Origin: Octopus vulgaris
Lineage: Eukaryota
Assembly: GCA_951406725.2 (NCBI GenBank)
Contig: OX597826.1
Coordinates: forward strand, 3,720,001 to 3,784,000
Length of the DNA: 64,000 nucleotides
Direction of reading: 5' to 3'
Shown here piece by piece: positions 28,795-43,955 of this stretch (position 1 is its first letter; each line of letters begins with the position of its first letter). A program made the position numbers and the translations under genes. Below the pieces are notes generated by a model. The model was not told the DNA's origin, ran no database searches, and saw nothing but the letters and a program-made list of their open reading frames with translations.

Positions 28795-29237
28795 GCCTTT
28801 GCACAATTTCTATCACTGGGGGTGTCCTACAGTGTCAGCTGTTCATTACCACTGAACTAAGGTAACACCTCTTATTTTTCGAGCACCTTCCGGAGTATTC
28901 GAGCGGTTCCAAGCCGTGCTGTCTCCTGCAACTTCTCCACCCTTATTGCAGCCATTATTTGTTCCACGTACTTCTCGAAATTTTTGCTCACTGTTCCCAG
29001 GGCTCCGGCAATTATTGGTACTATTGCTATATTTTTCATCGACCACAACTGCTCATCTTCACAAGCTAAACTGTCATATCTATTGACTTTTCTTTCTTCC
29101 TTCTCGCATACCTTGTGGTCAGCTGGGCATGCTATATCTATGATCCAGCATAGTTTGTTTTCTTTCTCAATTAAGACTATGCCCGGCTTCCTATTCTCTA
29201 TCTCATGGTCTCACTGAATCATAAAATCCCATAGGAT
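28795..29237 (-). mobile_element. R4/Dong-like non-LTR retrotransposon 3' end next to a (TAA)n tract
   Basis: WDFMIQ*DHEIENRKPGIVLIEKENKLCWIIDIACP...VPIIAGALGTV...LGTARILRKVLE; adjoins (TTA)n at 28537-28795. Confidence 0.85.
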
Positions 29238-29679
29238 GAAAACATGTCTATGATGGTCCCCCACTACTGCTGCTCGTGATCACAGATGCACATATCGTCA
29301 GCCACAAAGGGACATGGTCAACTGGTTAAGGTCAACCAACTGACAGGCAAATCTGTGGTATTGAGTAGAATATTTGCTGTAGCCCATCTTTTAAACCAAT
29401 ACAAAAGAATGTACATGATAACGCTTCCAGTCAGTTAAGATCAGAAGCCATGAGAGCCACTGCCTGGTATTGCATCAGAGCATTTATTACTACTACTACC
29501 ACTACTACTACTACTACTACAACTACTACTACTACTACTGCTCGTGCTACTACTACTACTACTACAACAACAACTACTACTACTACTACTCGTACTACTA
29601 CTACTACTACAACAATAACTACTACTACTACTACTACTATCATTATTATCATTATTATCATTATTATAGAAAGTCTCAT

Positions 29680-29855
29680 TTGTAGTGCGAGCAAACTGCT
29701 TAGCAGCATTTCGTAGGTCTTTCCATTCTGAATTCAAAATTGTACTGTCGTCCACTTTGCCATTCATCCTTTCGTCGCCGATAGAATAAGTACTAGTTGT
29801 GAACTGAAGTCAACGTAATCGGCTTATCCTCCCTCCCTGAGATTGCTGGCGTTGT
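29680..29855 (+). mobile_element. SINE family B-related, degraded
   Basis: TTCTGAATTCAAAAT...ACTTTGCCATTCATCCTTTCG...GATAGAATAAGTACTAG. Confidence 0.6.
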
Positions 29856-29994
29856 GCGAAAATTGGAAATCATTATTATTGTTGTTGTTATTATCATACT
29901 TATCGCCATCAATGTTGTTATTATTATTATTAGTAGTAGTAGTAGTAGTAGTAGTAGTAGCAGTAGTAGTAGTAATAGTAGTAGTAGCAGCAGC

Positions 29995-30035
<41 letters not shown>

Positions 30036-30052
30036 CAGCAGTAGTAATAGTT

Positions 30053-30091
<39 letters not shown>

Positions 30092-30538
30092 TATCTGTTA
30101 TGACGATCATCATTATTGTTGCCATATTTTATATTGCTGTTGTTGTTCTTCCTCTGTTGTTTTGTTAAGTAGAGAAAACTTCCACTGTTTCATTAACCGT
30201 TATAGAATATTTTGCAACAGTCTTTTATATCATGTGCTAAAAACACGAAACAACAAAATTTTTATATTGATTTTATAACCGTTCTTTACATTTTCTTTGA
30301 ATTGTGGATATTTACAATTAGTCTTTATAGAGATAAATTGGTGTTGTGTAGCATTAAAATTCCTCTTGTGTATAGTTATGAAAAGAAAATCCGTAATGAA
30401 AATGGCTGTATCTTTTGATATAATAATTATTTTCATCTCCTTAATCAAGTTAGTCAATCAGTTTGGCGTTCAAATATAGCTTCGATAACATTTAACACAG
30501 CAAAGGACGTTAGTGTGTTACATCTAGTTTCTTAGTTT

Positions 30539-30667
<129 letters not shown>

Positions 30668-30841
30668 TACATATATATATGTATATATATATAGATATAT
30701 AGATAGATAGATAGATAGATGTATATATGTATATCTTTATATACATATATACATACTTACATACATATTATATATATATTCTTATACAAATACATATATA
30801 TATATACACACATATATATATACATATATACATATAAATAT

Positions 30842-30890
<49 letters not shown>

Positions 30891-31033
30891 CAAGTTAAAA
30901 GTACATAGGTGAATATATATGCATATATATATATAGAGAGAGAGAGAAATAGAGATAGATAGATACATGCACATATATATACCTATACACAAATGTATAT
31001 ATGAATATATATATATTCATATATATATATATA

Positions 31034-31083
31034 CATACTCACACACACGCCATAACTTTTAAAAAAAGTATACATATGTTTAA

Positions 31084-31129
<46 letters not shown>

Positions 31130-31177
31130 TTAAACATATGTATACTTTTTTTAAGTTATGGCGTGTTTGTGAGTATG
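31034..31177. repeat. Palindrome centred on (TA)n
   Basis: About 52-bp arms, ...GCCATAACTTTTAAAAAAAGTATACATATGTTTAATTC / GAATTAAACATATGTATACTTTTTTTAAGTTATGGC... Confidence 0.9.
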
Positions 31178-31969
31178 TGTGTATTTTTGTGTTCAGTTTG
31201 TTTGTGTGAGTACATCTGCATTTGTTTGTATGTATATATAATGAGTATGTGAGTCTAGCAAAACGATTCCACTAATACGACGAATTAATCAAATAAGTAT
31301 GGCGACATGAATAATTATATATGTGGGTGTCCTTGTATGTATATAAATTAACGCCTATTTAGAAATGATAAACGATTACGCACTCTTCGTCTTGTATATC
31401 GTTCACCGATATTTTTTGTATTTTATTTCTGTACATTTTAATCAGTTTGTATACGTTTCACTAGTATTCACTGTGGGTTCTTTCGTCTGTGTATACAATA
31501 GTGAGTTACTTGTCCACGTGGTTTAGTAACAGGGAAAAGAACAGATCCCTTATGCTGTGTATGGTTTACCAATATGTGGTTGATAATATTTATCAAACTA
31601 GCGCTATTTCTCTTTCCTATTTGGAATTATTCTTATTTATGCATAATCCGGGCAGACCAACACATGACTTGCCCGCTATGTGCATATAATTTGTGGACTA
31701 GCGATATGATTCATCTCCGATCCTGTTCGGGTAGGTGATGTTGGAAAGCCACAAAATTACAAAGTATCGATGCCCTCACTCTTAGGTAGGATTAGAGGAG
31801 ATTTACTCGTCTGTCAGGAGTTAACACTCGGCTCATTGAAAGAGCGTTCTCCAAGTGCACCAATTACTTGTTACTGGTATCACGTCTACTCTTTTCATTG
31901 GCCACAACCTTCGTATTTCCCACTTTATTATTATTATTGTTATTATTATTATTGTTATTATTATTATTA

Positions 31970-32040
<71 letters not shown>

Positions 32041-32041
32041 T

Positions 32042-33385
32042 TCCTTCTTTCTTCAAATTTTCTTCCATTTCTCGCCGAGTGTTTTCCGTACACCTAGGGC
32101 AGAAAAGCTCATTGTATGCATTCCCCGATTACACACGCAAATTAACAGGTAAAATATGTATTTAAAATAAATAAATTAATTAATTCATGAATGGATGTTG
32201 TTTTCACAGCGATAATGCTCTTCTCAGAACATGAGTCGTACCAGTTAACACGATTTTTTGCACTTCCTGTAGGGATGGTAAGCCTGGTATTATTTTCAAA
32301 TAGGTTTCAGTACCTTTTATCATTCCTAGCGATCCTACAATCACTGGTTCTTGAGATGCCACCTTTTTTCAACTTCTATTAATACGTTTTTATACTTACT
32401 GATCTTGTCAAATTCTTTCGCCTCTATATAGTGATCACAAGGAATACTCATGTCAGTTAATAAACACACCGTTTTTGTCTGATCCTTTATAATTATATCC
32501 GGTTTATTAACTTTTATAGTTTTGTCGGTATGTACGGGGGAGTCCCAGAGAATCGACACATTTTCTCCTTCAGTCACAGCTTCAGGATGGTGTTTATACC
32601 ATTTGTCAGCGGTTTTGAATTTATAATGCCGACATATTGTCCAGTGTAAATACTGGCCGACTCTGTCATGTCTTGCTTTATATTTTACAGGTGCTACGAC
32701 TCTACACACAGATTACGAGGTCTATAGTTTCAATCTCATCGTTAGAGAATCGGCATTTTGGGTCAGCTTCATTTTTTATCACATTGGTTTGGTAGTTTCG
32801 GGTTAATAAGTTTTGGTCTTGATCAGCTAATAGGAAACCTTCATTCTCTGCTTTTAGCCCTGAGATTCGTAACATTGATGCGTGTCTTTCTGGTCGACAT
32901 CAGCTTGTTTGCTACGGGCCACATACTTGCCATGCAAATGTTTCTGATCCCATATGCTAGCTAATTTTTCAAGTGCTTTTGTCTTTGCAATTCATTTTAT
33001 TTTCTTTGCAGCAGCTGTTGGCGCATTTCCTTCAACCTGATCAATCTGGTAGGTATCTGAGTGGTCAGTAGCGAATTTTTTGCTCTCTTTCAGAATAGAG
33101 TGAAGTTTTTATCAGTCTTTCATGTTTTTCAACAAGTTTTAACATCCAATCGTTGGTTGTTTCAAGGTAATTGACCAGTCCGATTGTGGTGGTTTTGTAC
33201 GTAACTTCCTGTTCGATCAAGCCTCGACCTCCATGATTATCCTTGCGGTCCCTAAGAGACAAACTCACTGTAGGAGCTCTACCGAGCATTCTACTCCAAT
33301 CTCCTTCAGCCATTTGTCTATATCTTGGCTTTCTGTTTCCAATGCACCAATTATTATAGGCACGACCTTAACTGTTCGCATGCTC
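32042..33385 (-). mobile_element. 5'-truncated R4/Dong-like non-LTR retrotransposon embedded in (TAA)n
   Basis: GGRGL motif; degenerate zinc knuckle; RHDRVGQYLHW...WYKHHPEAVTEGENVSILWD...NKPDIII...DMSIP; (TTA)n on both sides. Confidence 0.9.
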
Positions 33386-33411
33386 CACCATTACTATTAT
33401 CATTATTATTA

Positions 33412-33466
<55 letters not shown>

Positions 33467-34171
33467 TATTATCATCCTCCTCATCATCATCATCATCATC
33501 ATCATCACCATACCAGATTCCGCCTGCGGCATGTGGTCAAGATATAGAAATACCTTGCTTCAAAATATATCGTTGTTTTATACACCATTATTGTGGTTCT
33601 CAACATCTTCTTTTTGTCATTCTGATTCTATATTTCACTCTCATTCTTCCTAACATTATTTTTCTTAACATCGTTTTCCTTTCATGGCGGCTATTATTTC
33701 CATTTCTTGTCTTATTCTGTTTTTCTAACATTTTCTATATTTATTTATCTATTTTTTCCATTATTTATTATTATTATTTTTTTGCTATATCTTTATTGTC
33801 TATCACTCTGCTTCTGTAGCATATTTTTGCTTTAATATTTTTCTGTTTTTCTTTCTTTTTTTTCATATGTCATCTCTTTCATTATCTGGGTTATTTCAGA
33901 TTTTTTTCTTTCACTTTTATTTTTATGCGTGTAATTTCTTTCCTTGTTATTTTGTTTTTCTATCTACGCTTATTATATGATTTCATTTCCAATATTTTTT
34001 TACACTAAACATATTTTATCTTTCTTTTGTGTACCCACGCACACTTACAAGCAATCATACACACTCACTTACGCACACATAAATACGTATATACATATAT
34101 ATGCTTCTATATTACACATAGTTCTATATTTACATACATGCCCACATACATATTTGTATACTTACATACAT

Positions 34172-34215
<44 letters not shown>

Positions 34216-34494
34216 AAATATGTATATACATATATATGTTTCCATATATATTATACATACTTGTATACTTACACACATACACACACACATATGAGTACGC
34301 ATGCGCACACACATATATGTTTTGTTTAATATAATTTTCTATTTCTAGCTTAACCCTTGCTTGGTCATGTTCCTACTATTTTCTACGATCGTATGACCAA
34401 AGTCTTTTGGATTTTCATGTGCTGCCTTATATTCAGACATAGTATATCTTGGAATATATTGTTCAACGTGTCTTCTTTAGTATGACACTAGTGT

Positions 34495-34630
<136 letters not shown>

Positions 34631-34635
34631 TGATG

Positions 34636-34707
<72 letters not shown>

Positions 34708-34711
<4 letters not shown>

Positions 34712-34950
34712 TGAAATTATTGTATACAGTGCTCAGGTGCACCACAACTTATCAAAAGTGCTTATAAAGCATATGCAGTAATTTACAAATGTCTGGAAAG
34801 TGAACAGTGTATGAGTCAGATACATGCTTGCGTGTGTATGGAGGGGAGAAAATCAGGTATAGTGTTGGCGAATCTCAGGAAGCATGGAAGTTTTGAAGGA
34901 TGCAGTGCTCCGACAACTAACAACTGATGCCGGCAGTTTGTTCTATACTT
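34708..34950 (-). mobile_element. CR1/L2-like LINE extreme 3' end with (TTA)n tail
   Basis: Minus frame NKLPASVVSCRSTASFKTSM, then a 3' UTR running into the long TAA-repeat tract (read on +). Confidence 0.65.
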
Positions 34951-35444
34951 AAGTTCTATACTTAGTAACTTCGTAGTGATTTTACTACAATGTGTCGGAA
35001 ATGGTGAAATCACTTGAAGTTCGATATTACCGAAATATATTCATATTGTATCAATGATTATACACTTGGCACAAGTTGTATGAATATTCTGATGACGAAT
35101 TGTCACTGCGTATAACTGTCAAGCATCCAGTAAAGCCGTGGGACATTCATGCCACGTTTGCTGTGCTTCTTGGTAAGGAAACTAGTCCCTCATACATCAT
35201 ATACTTACACTATTTGATGCCTTTTCAAAGTGAATTTTGACTACCCGCCACTGTAAACCATTTTACAAACTCGATAAATTAAAACACTGCTAAACTCGTG
35301 GGTTACACACGCTTGATCTATGATCAGAAAATAAAATGAAATACTAGAGCTGTTTAAATCTGGTGTGGATATATAGCAGGTCGTCAAGTATGAAATATGG
35401 AGAAGAGAAAAAGTTTGCTAGTGTTTTATAAATACAAGGAATAG

Positions 35445-35685
35445 TTTTATTCATCAAAGTATGCACCCATATTGTCAATAGACTTTTGCCATTTCAGTGG
35501 TAGCTTGTCAATTCCGGAACTGTAAAAGCCGGGCAATCTAGAGTCAATAATATCTTGGAAGACCTGTTTTACAGCATCGTCGGAATTAATTTTTCCATAT
35601 CAATCAGTTATTTAAATTATGGAAGACGTGGTAGTCAGTGAGGGTGGGGGCAGGATCAGGTGCGTATGGTAGATATATGGAGACC
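35445..35685 (-). mobile_element. Mariner transposase C-terminal fragment
   Basis: PYAPD...DYHVF...FYSSGIDKLPLKWQKSIDNMGAYFDE*. Confidence 0.85.
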
Positions 35686-35689
35686 TTAA

Positions 35690-37440
35690 AGATTCTCAGT
35701 AAGACCTAACGTGAAATAAAAGGTGTGATCTCAACATTGCAGATATTCAGGAAGGATACTGGGATGGAATTTGGGACTAAAATATGTGGCGTGCTTATCA
35801 TAGAAAAGGGCAAAGTTAGATCGTCTGGTGGTGTAGAACTAATCAACGGCGAGAAAGTCAAGGATGTTGAGTTACATGGATATAAGTATCTGAATATTTT
35901 GGAATATGAGGAAATCAAGAAGACTGAAATGGAGAAACGCTTTAGGAAAAAATATCTCAGAAGAAACAATTTAAGTATGTGAAATAGACTCAATGTAAAG
36001 AACAAATTAGGGCAATGAACATATGGGCTGTTTCTCTTATGTCATACGGCGCAAGTATCGGTAGCTGGACAAGGTACGAGCTTCAGGAAATGAATAGGAA
36101 AGCCAGGTAAGTGATGTCACTTAACAAGGAACTGCCCCCAAAATCGATATTCATAGACTGTATATACCTAGAAACAAGGCCATATGAGTTGCAAGACTTG
36201 TGTTGCCACCAAAAAGGATAGTCTAGGATTGTACATCAAGCAACAGAGTGAATCCTTGCTTGCCGCTGTTAAAAATACTAACATGGCACCTACCGAAAAC
36301 GTGACTGACCGAAAGACTTTTAAGAAGAAAGAATAAACAACTGCAAAATGAAAACAATGCATTGGCGCTACCTCTGAGGAATCGTAGAGAAAGACAAGAT
36401 CAACACCCGGTGATAGTTAAGAAAATGTGATCTGAAAGGACGCACTGATTTGCAGGGCCGAAGATCAAGCTCTGAGATCTACGTAGACCGAGCTCCAAAT
36501 AGATAAGAGCACTGAATCGCATCTTGGCCGTAAGTGTGGCAGCAATAACAAACTAATCTCACATATTGTCAATGGGTGTAAACAAGCTAGCCCAAAAGCG
36601 CTACAAAATGTAGCAGAATAACGTGGCTAATTTTATTCAGTTGAGAGTGTGGGAAAAGTATGATCTGGCCAGAGAACGGAAATGATACAAACATGAAGCA
36701 GAGGTCGTCACTGAAAACAATGAGTATAAGATCATCTGGGATTTTACAATCCACTGTCACTCCTGAATCAATTCTCGGAGACCAGTATTGCTGTAGTAGT
36801 TACGAGGAAGAAGAAAAAAAGCCATGATCATGGATATTGCTATACCAGGGGACAATGCTGGGTAGATGACACAGATTGGGAAAAGATAGAGACATACAGA
36901 ATACAAAAATACGAAATTGCAAGAATGCGGGTAAATACGAGAATAACTGTTATATCAGAAGTTGTAGGAGCACACAGAACACTAACCACCAGGTTCGAGA
37001 AATATATCAGAGAAAATCGAATTGACATGATGGTAGAGCAGGCTCAAATAACCTGCTCTGCTGGGTGTTGGTTGTCTTCGGCGATAAGATGACTTGTTAG
37101 TATCAAAGCTTATAATTTCCGAGAAGAGACACTGTGAGACCCCGGACAACAAGTTGCTGTCTACTCTCACAGAATCAACCAAAGCAAGTAAAAAAGAGAA
37201 TTCTGTGGAGTAGAATAATTATAATGTATCCCTGTAGTTATAGGTCTGTTAAGATCTATTCCTAAGCATTTGAAGAAATGGATAGAAGAAACAGGCATAG
37301 AAGATAGTTTAGTGTAGTTCCAGGAATCAGTATTATTGGGAACAGCTAGGATACTTGGGAAGGTTTTTGGCGTCTAAAGTTTACTGTTGTAGACCAATGT
37401 TAGGAATTTTTTTCCTACACTCTAATCTGTTCTGCATAAA
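35690..37440 (+). mobile_element. Decayed R4/Dong-like non-LTR retrotransposon (RT C-terminus to endonuclease), with a second 3' end
   Basis: FRKDTGMEFGTKICGVL...YKYLNILE; IIWDFTI; LLGTARILGKVF near 37330-37370; followed by (TAA)n. Confidence 0.85.
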
Positions 37441-38014
37441 TGAAATGATATTAATAATAATAATAATGATAATAATAATAATAATAATGATAATTGACGA
37501 CGACGATGATGATGTTGGTGATGATGATGATATTGATAAGGATGATGATGATGGCAAAAAGAAGAAGAACAACAAGAAGAAAAAGAACAAAACAAAAACA
37601 AGAAAAGCAACACCAACAATAATAATGATAAATTGCAATAATGCTAATGATAAAAAAAATAAGGAGGCTGAATTCCTGAAATTTAAAATAAGAAGACGAC
37701 GTAGAGAGCCTGAGCTGTAACGGCGGCACATTGTCTGGAAGCATGCTGATCTCATCTTGATCATCACGGCGATTATGAAACTGGGAGGTTGTTTATAAGA
37801 ACGGGTCTACTTATGGGAAAGTAAACTTCATTCGAAAGATCTCATGAGGAGCTGTTCCTGCTGCAACAGCGTGCAGTCGTGGTAATTGCATTCTGATTTC
37901 GAAATCGAGAAGTGTATGAGAAGATGCAAGTAAACAGGTATGAGTATTTGCACATACATAAATGCATACATACATTCATGCATATACATATACATACATA
38001 CATACATACATACT

Positions 38015-38081
<67 letters not shown>

Positions 38082-38451
38082 GTATATGATGCGCACGAAA
38101 GGTAAATGTTGTGTTGAGATAGATATGAAGATAAAAATAGTCACTGATACGATAAATAAAGAGTATGTCACTTGTGCTTTCAAAGTATAACAATAAAATA
38201 GTACAAATAAACACACAGTTATGCGTAAGTGTGTGTTTATTTCTATGTGCGTGTAATAAACAAATATATGTATGTATGTGTGTGCATGTGTATATATATA
38301 TATATAAAGATGAGTGTATTTTTACCTTGTTAACAATTAACACGGAAAAAATAAATAAATAGTTACCAGGGTAGCAAAAATCTCACAAGTAAAGATGTGT
38401 CGAAAGTAAAAATATTTGATTTATACCTGCGTTAAACTCCATTTATTTATT

Positions 38452-38531
<80 letters not shown>

Positions 38532-38533
<2 letters not shown>

Positions 38534-38697
38534 CGTAGGAGTGGATGTGTGGTAAGTAGCTTGCTTATGAATCACATGGTTCCGAGTTCAGTCCTACTGC
38601 GTGGCACCTTAAGCAAGTGTCTTCTACAATAGCCTCGGGCCGACGAAAGACTTGTGAGTGGATTTGGTAGACAGAAACTGAAAGAAGCCCGTCGAAT
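38532..38697 (+). mobile_element. SINE family A, 5' half
   Basis: Matches 53167-53330. Confidence 0.9.
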
Positions 38698-38769
38698 ATA
38701 TGGCAAAGGTAGTGTAAAGTACTAACTTATTCTTTTCTACTCTAGTCACGAGGCCCGAAATTTTGGGGG

Positions 38770-39570
38770 AACGGTCCAGTATATGGAGGATGTGGTAAAA
38801 CCTCGTATCCAAAGTCCGTTAGTTTATGCTGCATCATTCTTGCAACATGTGGCTTTGCATTATCGTGGAAAAGAATTGGGCCACACCAATTCACCAATGC
38901 AGGTCTCATTTTTTTCAAGTGACCGTGCATTTCAGTATTTTGATTTCAGTATGCTCTAATTGGCTTCCAGAAAACTGTAACGGACAACACAAATTGCAGA
39001 GAAACAGACAGTCACCATAATCTATTGCTGATGCAAATTTAGCTTTCGGAAATGTTTGGGATCTCATCATGTTCAAGCCATTGACCTGATCGTTTACTGT
39101 TATCATAAAGGATCCATTTTTCGTCACAAGTGACTATTCGGTCAAGAAAAGATCGGTGGTGTTTCGCAGAAAGAGAATCGAGCGTACTTTAAAACACCAA
39201 ACCTTTTGATTTTCATTGAGCTTATGCGGTACCCATTTATCCAACTTTTTTCACCTGACCAATCTTCTGCAGATTGCGTGAGACCGTTGCAATACCGACA
39301 CCAAGTGCCTGAGACATTTCTCCGACACTTTGACGTGGGTTTTGTTCAACAATTGCTATCGATTGTTATTTATCAAGACTGCATGACCGACCTCTACCTT
39401 CTTCATCTTCAAGGCTCTCATCACCAAAACCGAATTTATGAAACCACCTTCGTACTGTGGACCCTTCCCCAATGCTGTGTTGATATTGGAAGCAGTTTGG
39501 GAGGCATTTTACCCAAGCTTGAACTCATGCAAGAAAAGTAAGCGATGGTCCTTTTTTGTCATGTTCATAA
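38770..39570 (-). mobile_element. Decayed mariner (DD34D-type) transposase
   Basis: HEFKLGKNASQTASNIN, DRIVTCDEKW, ILFHDNAKPHVA, VLPHPPY; frameshifts. Confidence 0.9.
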
Positions 39571-40205
39571 TTAAGGGAGCCTCTGCTGCAAGAATGTTTT
39601 CTGTCTGAAATAAGCAGAAAATTATTAAGGAGCATACATCAATTATTAAGTGTGTCGACATTCACCTGAAATATAATTAAAATACAATGATAAACTTGCG
39701 TTTCAAAACACAACACTTGGAGCAGCCATTATTTTCTCTAACATTTAAACAGCAAAAACGGCATTGCTAATCGAAGTTTTATTAAATAAAGAACGGATGC
39801 TTGCGTGTAAGATAACATTCAGTTTAACAACAAGGAAGAATACGACAAACTGTATCGGAGTCAGTACTGGATTAGAATTTTATCGATACCGGATCAAGTG
39901 TCAATCCGATCTTGACGTAAGTGTAAGTATTTCGTAAAAGAATTTATGAAAACACTGCACTACTATATATTGTATTATTACAGAAAAAAAGGCTAATAAT
40001 GGTGAGGATAATCTTTGATATATACTGCTATTCCGGTAGTATTATATTTTTTACAGGTTCACTTTGAAAGGAATTGAAATCAGAATCTGATGAGAAGAAA
40101 TAAAATACCTCAAGTAATCTTCTCAGAAATTCTAAAAGGTGTGCCGAGTCACCGTCTTCAATGTAAGGTGTCATTTCAGAATGAAGAATTGTATGTATAT
40201 ATGTG

Positions 40206-40276
<71 letters not shown>

Positions 40277-40278
<2 letters not shown>

Positions 40279-40897
40279 CTTAGAATAACTTAGAAAGGTT
40301 TTTGGCCAGTATTGGCCCAGGCCATGTCTAACTTAATAGCACCACCTGGCGAAGTCTTTCAGTTCAGGATTTGGGCACCAAGGCCCATTCGAGCAGAGAG
40401 TTATTGTTTGCGGAGACATATCCGGGTGTGGATGGTTTGTCCGGTACTGTTTGAAGGAATTTGTCCAAAGACTTCTTGAATTTTGTGTGGTCAGTTTCTT
40501 TTTTGACGTGTCCTGGTGTAATGTTGAAGAGAGCGGGTCCAATTGAGGTGAAATAGTTGTGCCGTATTGTCGTTATGTGATGCGATTTAGATTTTTGTTG
40601 TGGACGGATGGCACGTGGTCCAAGCCTTGGATGCATTTTGAAGGTGATGCCAACATCATTCGGACAGTGCTGATGGAATATTTTCCACATCATACAGATA
40701 ATGTAGCGTTCACGGCGTCGTTGGAGTGAATACAATTTCAGCTTCTCTAGTCTACCCCAGTAGTCAAGGTCTGACATGCCATCTATCTTTTTTGTGATTG
40801 ACCTTTGGGGAGCTTCAATTCTCATAATATTTTGTTTTGTGTAGGGAGACCACAGTGGACAGCAGTATTCAAGGTGGGGTCGGGCAAAAGTGGAGAC
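40277..40897 (-). mobile_element. CR1-like LINE 3' fragment inserted in (TA)n
   Basis: Uninterrupted frame RPHLEYCCPLWSPY...IEAPQRSITK...RLEKLKLYSLQRRRER; (TTCTAAGTTA)2 tail. Confidence 0.9.
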
Positions 40898-40945
<48 letters not shown>

Positions 40946-40980
40946 AACATGCATATTAATAGAGAGACAGACAGACAGAC

Positions 40981-41054
<74 letters not shown>

Positions 41055-41177
41055 ATGGTTGGATAGATGGACGGATGGATGTTTGTTTCTACCTATGTAT
41101 AAATACACAGATATGATCATATATATGTGTGTGTGTATGTGTCTGTGTGTGTCTGTGTGTTTATGTATGTATGAGTC

Positions 41178-41278
<101 letters not shown>

Positions 41279-42437
41279 TTATACTTGTACGTGTGTATGC
41301 ATTAATATAAATACATACGTGTGTATGTATAAATGTATACGCATGCATGTATGCACACACGCAGACACACATTGTGTATCCAATATATTCCAATAATAAG
41401 GACCGTGTTCATGTTGGGTACACAAAACCGGGTGGCTTATTAACAAAACTCTGTGCAATTACATTTGCGTTCGCCAGAATGGAATAACAATTGCATCACC
41501 ACTACCGGTGCTGTTGTTTCCTCCGCTATCACAAGAACCACCTACACAATTACCACCTCCACCGCCACTGCAACCACCACCACCAACAACAACAACATCG
41601 TCATCACCACCAACGACAATACATTCTTCTTTAGATTGACTTTTCGCGCCGTGATTCAAACCCATTGTTTTTCCCCCTCGCCGAATAATGAAAAAAACAA
41701 AATTCACAAATCTGTTTTCTAATCTTTTATATAAGCTTTATTGATATATTTTATATTTTTCCCTCTGATAGCTTCTCGATATTCATTGTTTATTTAGGTT
41801 TTCTTAATTTCGTTTTGACTTCATAAATCTCGGTTCCTTGAATACGAAAACTAAACCTCAGGGTATTCTAATATGTTTCGGCAACACATTGGCTGGTATT
41901 CAATGGCCATTATACTCACTTCATCATGCATCATGCACGGCTGAATATATCCGTAAAAAATTACCTCCAATGTCTTCAACCCCACAAAAGAGGTCCTTTA
42001 TGAATAAAATAAACCCCACAATTTCTTTTTCTCCGATTTTTTTTCTGTGTTCATCTTTTAAAGACCAGTTTGCCGTACGTAATCAGAATTCGTATGTCTC
42101 AGCGCATTCTTTCAAAATAAGGATAATGTCCACCTAATCACAACAATGATAAATGAAGACTATTTAGGTTTTATACTGTATATTCTTTAGTTGCGATTAT
42201 TAAATTCGTATTATTTTTTAAATAATCATTCAAACGTTAAATTTCAATTCCATTAAAACCGTTGTGTTGGCTCATTCTCTTAAGATATTTTTTTTAAAAC
42301 ACATCACAAACAAATATGGTACGGGTATATTGCCAAGGTTATTGTGTACAAAGTGTGTATGATTTTAAAACTATAAATTTATGCGATGCGTATGTGTGAG
42401 AATGCGTATACTCACTCCTGTGTGAGATCTGCATGCG

Positions 42438-42504
<67 letters not shown>

Positions 42505-42542
42505 ACATATCTCCAACATATACTCACAGACACACACACACA

Positions 42543-42626
<84 letters not shown>

Positions 42627-43849
42627 TACATGTATATATTCACACGCTTACACACGCGTTTGCATGGGCAAGTGGAAGAAAGGAATCCGTGGAATACATG
42701 AAATACAATGTGTCAGCTTATTCGAAGCACAGTTTATCCTTCCATCGTTTCTCCGATTTTCCCGTCTACAATTTTCTTCTCTACTGAAATATAAATACAC
42801 ACACAGGCAGAGGCACACGCATACAAACATACCCACAGCAACACCACCATTACCACCACACCCTTACAATAATATTTTGTGCCTTTCATGAAATGTGAAC
42901 ATTTTCTAACCCCCAATAAATCGTTGATATTAAGTTATGTTACAAAAGTAAATAAGCTTGTTGGAATCTATACTTTCCAAAATATTAAATTTATTCAATT
43001 TGTCTCAAGAAATTTCGTAATGCATTTACTTAGCAGATTTTATGAGGTCGGTGTTTTATTTCTCTGCACGTTTAACGCAACTCTTGATGTCGTGTCTTAA
43101 GGTTTGTCTCTTTCCAGACAGGTTTCTCATGGATTGAAATCACTTTGGGAATTGGAAATAATGAAATATTTTGAGACTGATTCTTGTGGAGGATAACATA
43201 CAAAGCCCACAATGAAGAAAACATTGAGTGAGTCTTAAAGGAAATGGCACCCAGTTAGTTCCATGAATTTGAAGGTGTTGCTTTCGGCGATGGTATCCCC
43301 TATTCAAATCTTCTCGGGTAGTCCTATGATGAAATGCATTTCAGCCAAAATCAACTCGTATTTTTTTTTTTTAATATAGACATTTTATGTAGGACTACAT
43401 TTAAGCTGTATGGTCTTGTATTTTCAATGTCCTTGTACAAAATATTTTGGTGACCCCCAAACTAATGTATATATATGCTAAACCGGTAAAAATTGTTGTG
43501 CCTCTCAACATGATTTGTGACTGATTGCCGTCCTGTCTTCACCTCTCACTACACGTCTGTGCAAGACGGGTATGTTGGGTATTCATTTGCTCTTTTTAGA
43601 AACTTCGAGTGTCCAACGAGAGGAGATAGAAGGTAAATACAATTTCTGCATTCGGTTGCATTTGAAGAATATTGTACGATGTTTTTGAATGAAACTCTGC
43701 CGATCAGTTAAATATTTGGTATTGAATGTGGTCAACAATATGTAGGAACTTATAACGATTCATATATCCCTGATACATGAGAAATATTACAGTGTCAGCT
43801 ATTTTAAAATTTTATAGCCACAGAAAATTTTGCAGCTTTTTGCAAAAAT

Positions 43850-43955
43850 GAGTAACGCTGCGATGGACTGGCGTCCCGTCCAGCTGGGAAACACATACGC
43901 TATAGAAACCGGGTAACAGGGCCCATGAGCCTGGTTAGGCTTTAAAGGGGTGCAT
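43850..43955 (+). mobile_element. SINE family C 3' fragment
   Basis: Matches 45905-46010. Confidence 0.85.

Noticed and set aside
40364-40954. 196-aa ORF as a host gene
   Set aside because: It is the C-terminus of a CR1-like ORF2 fused to microsatellite-derived codons.
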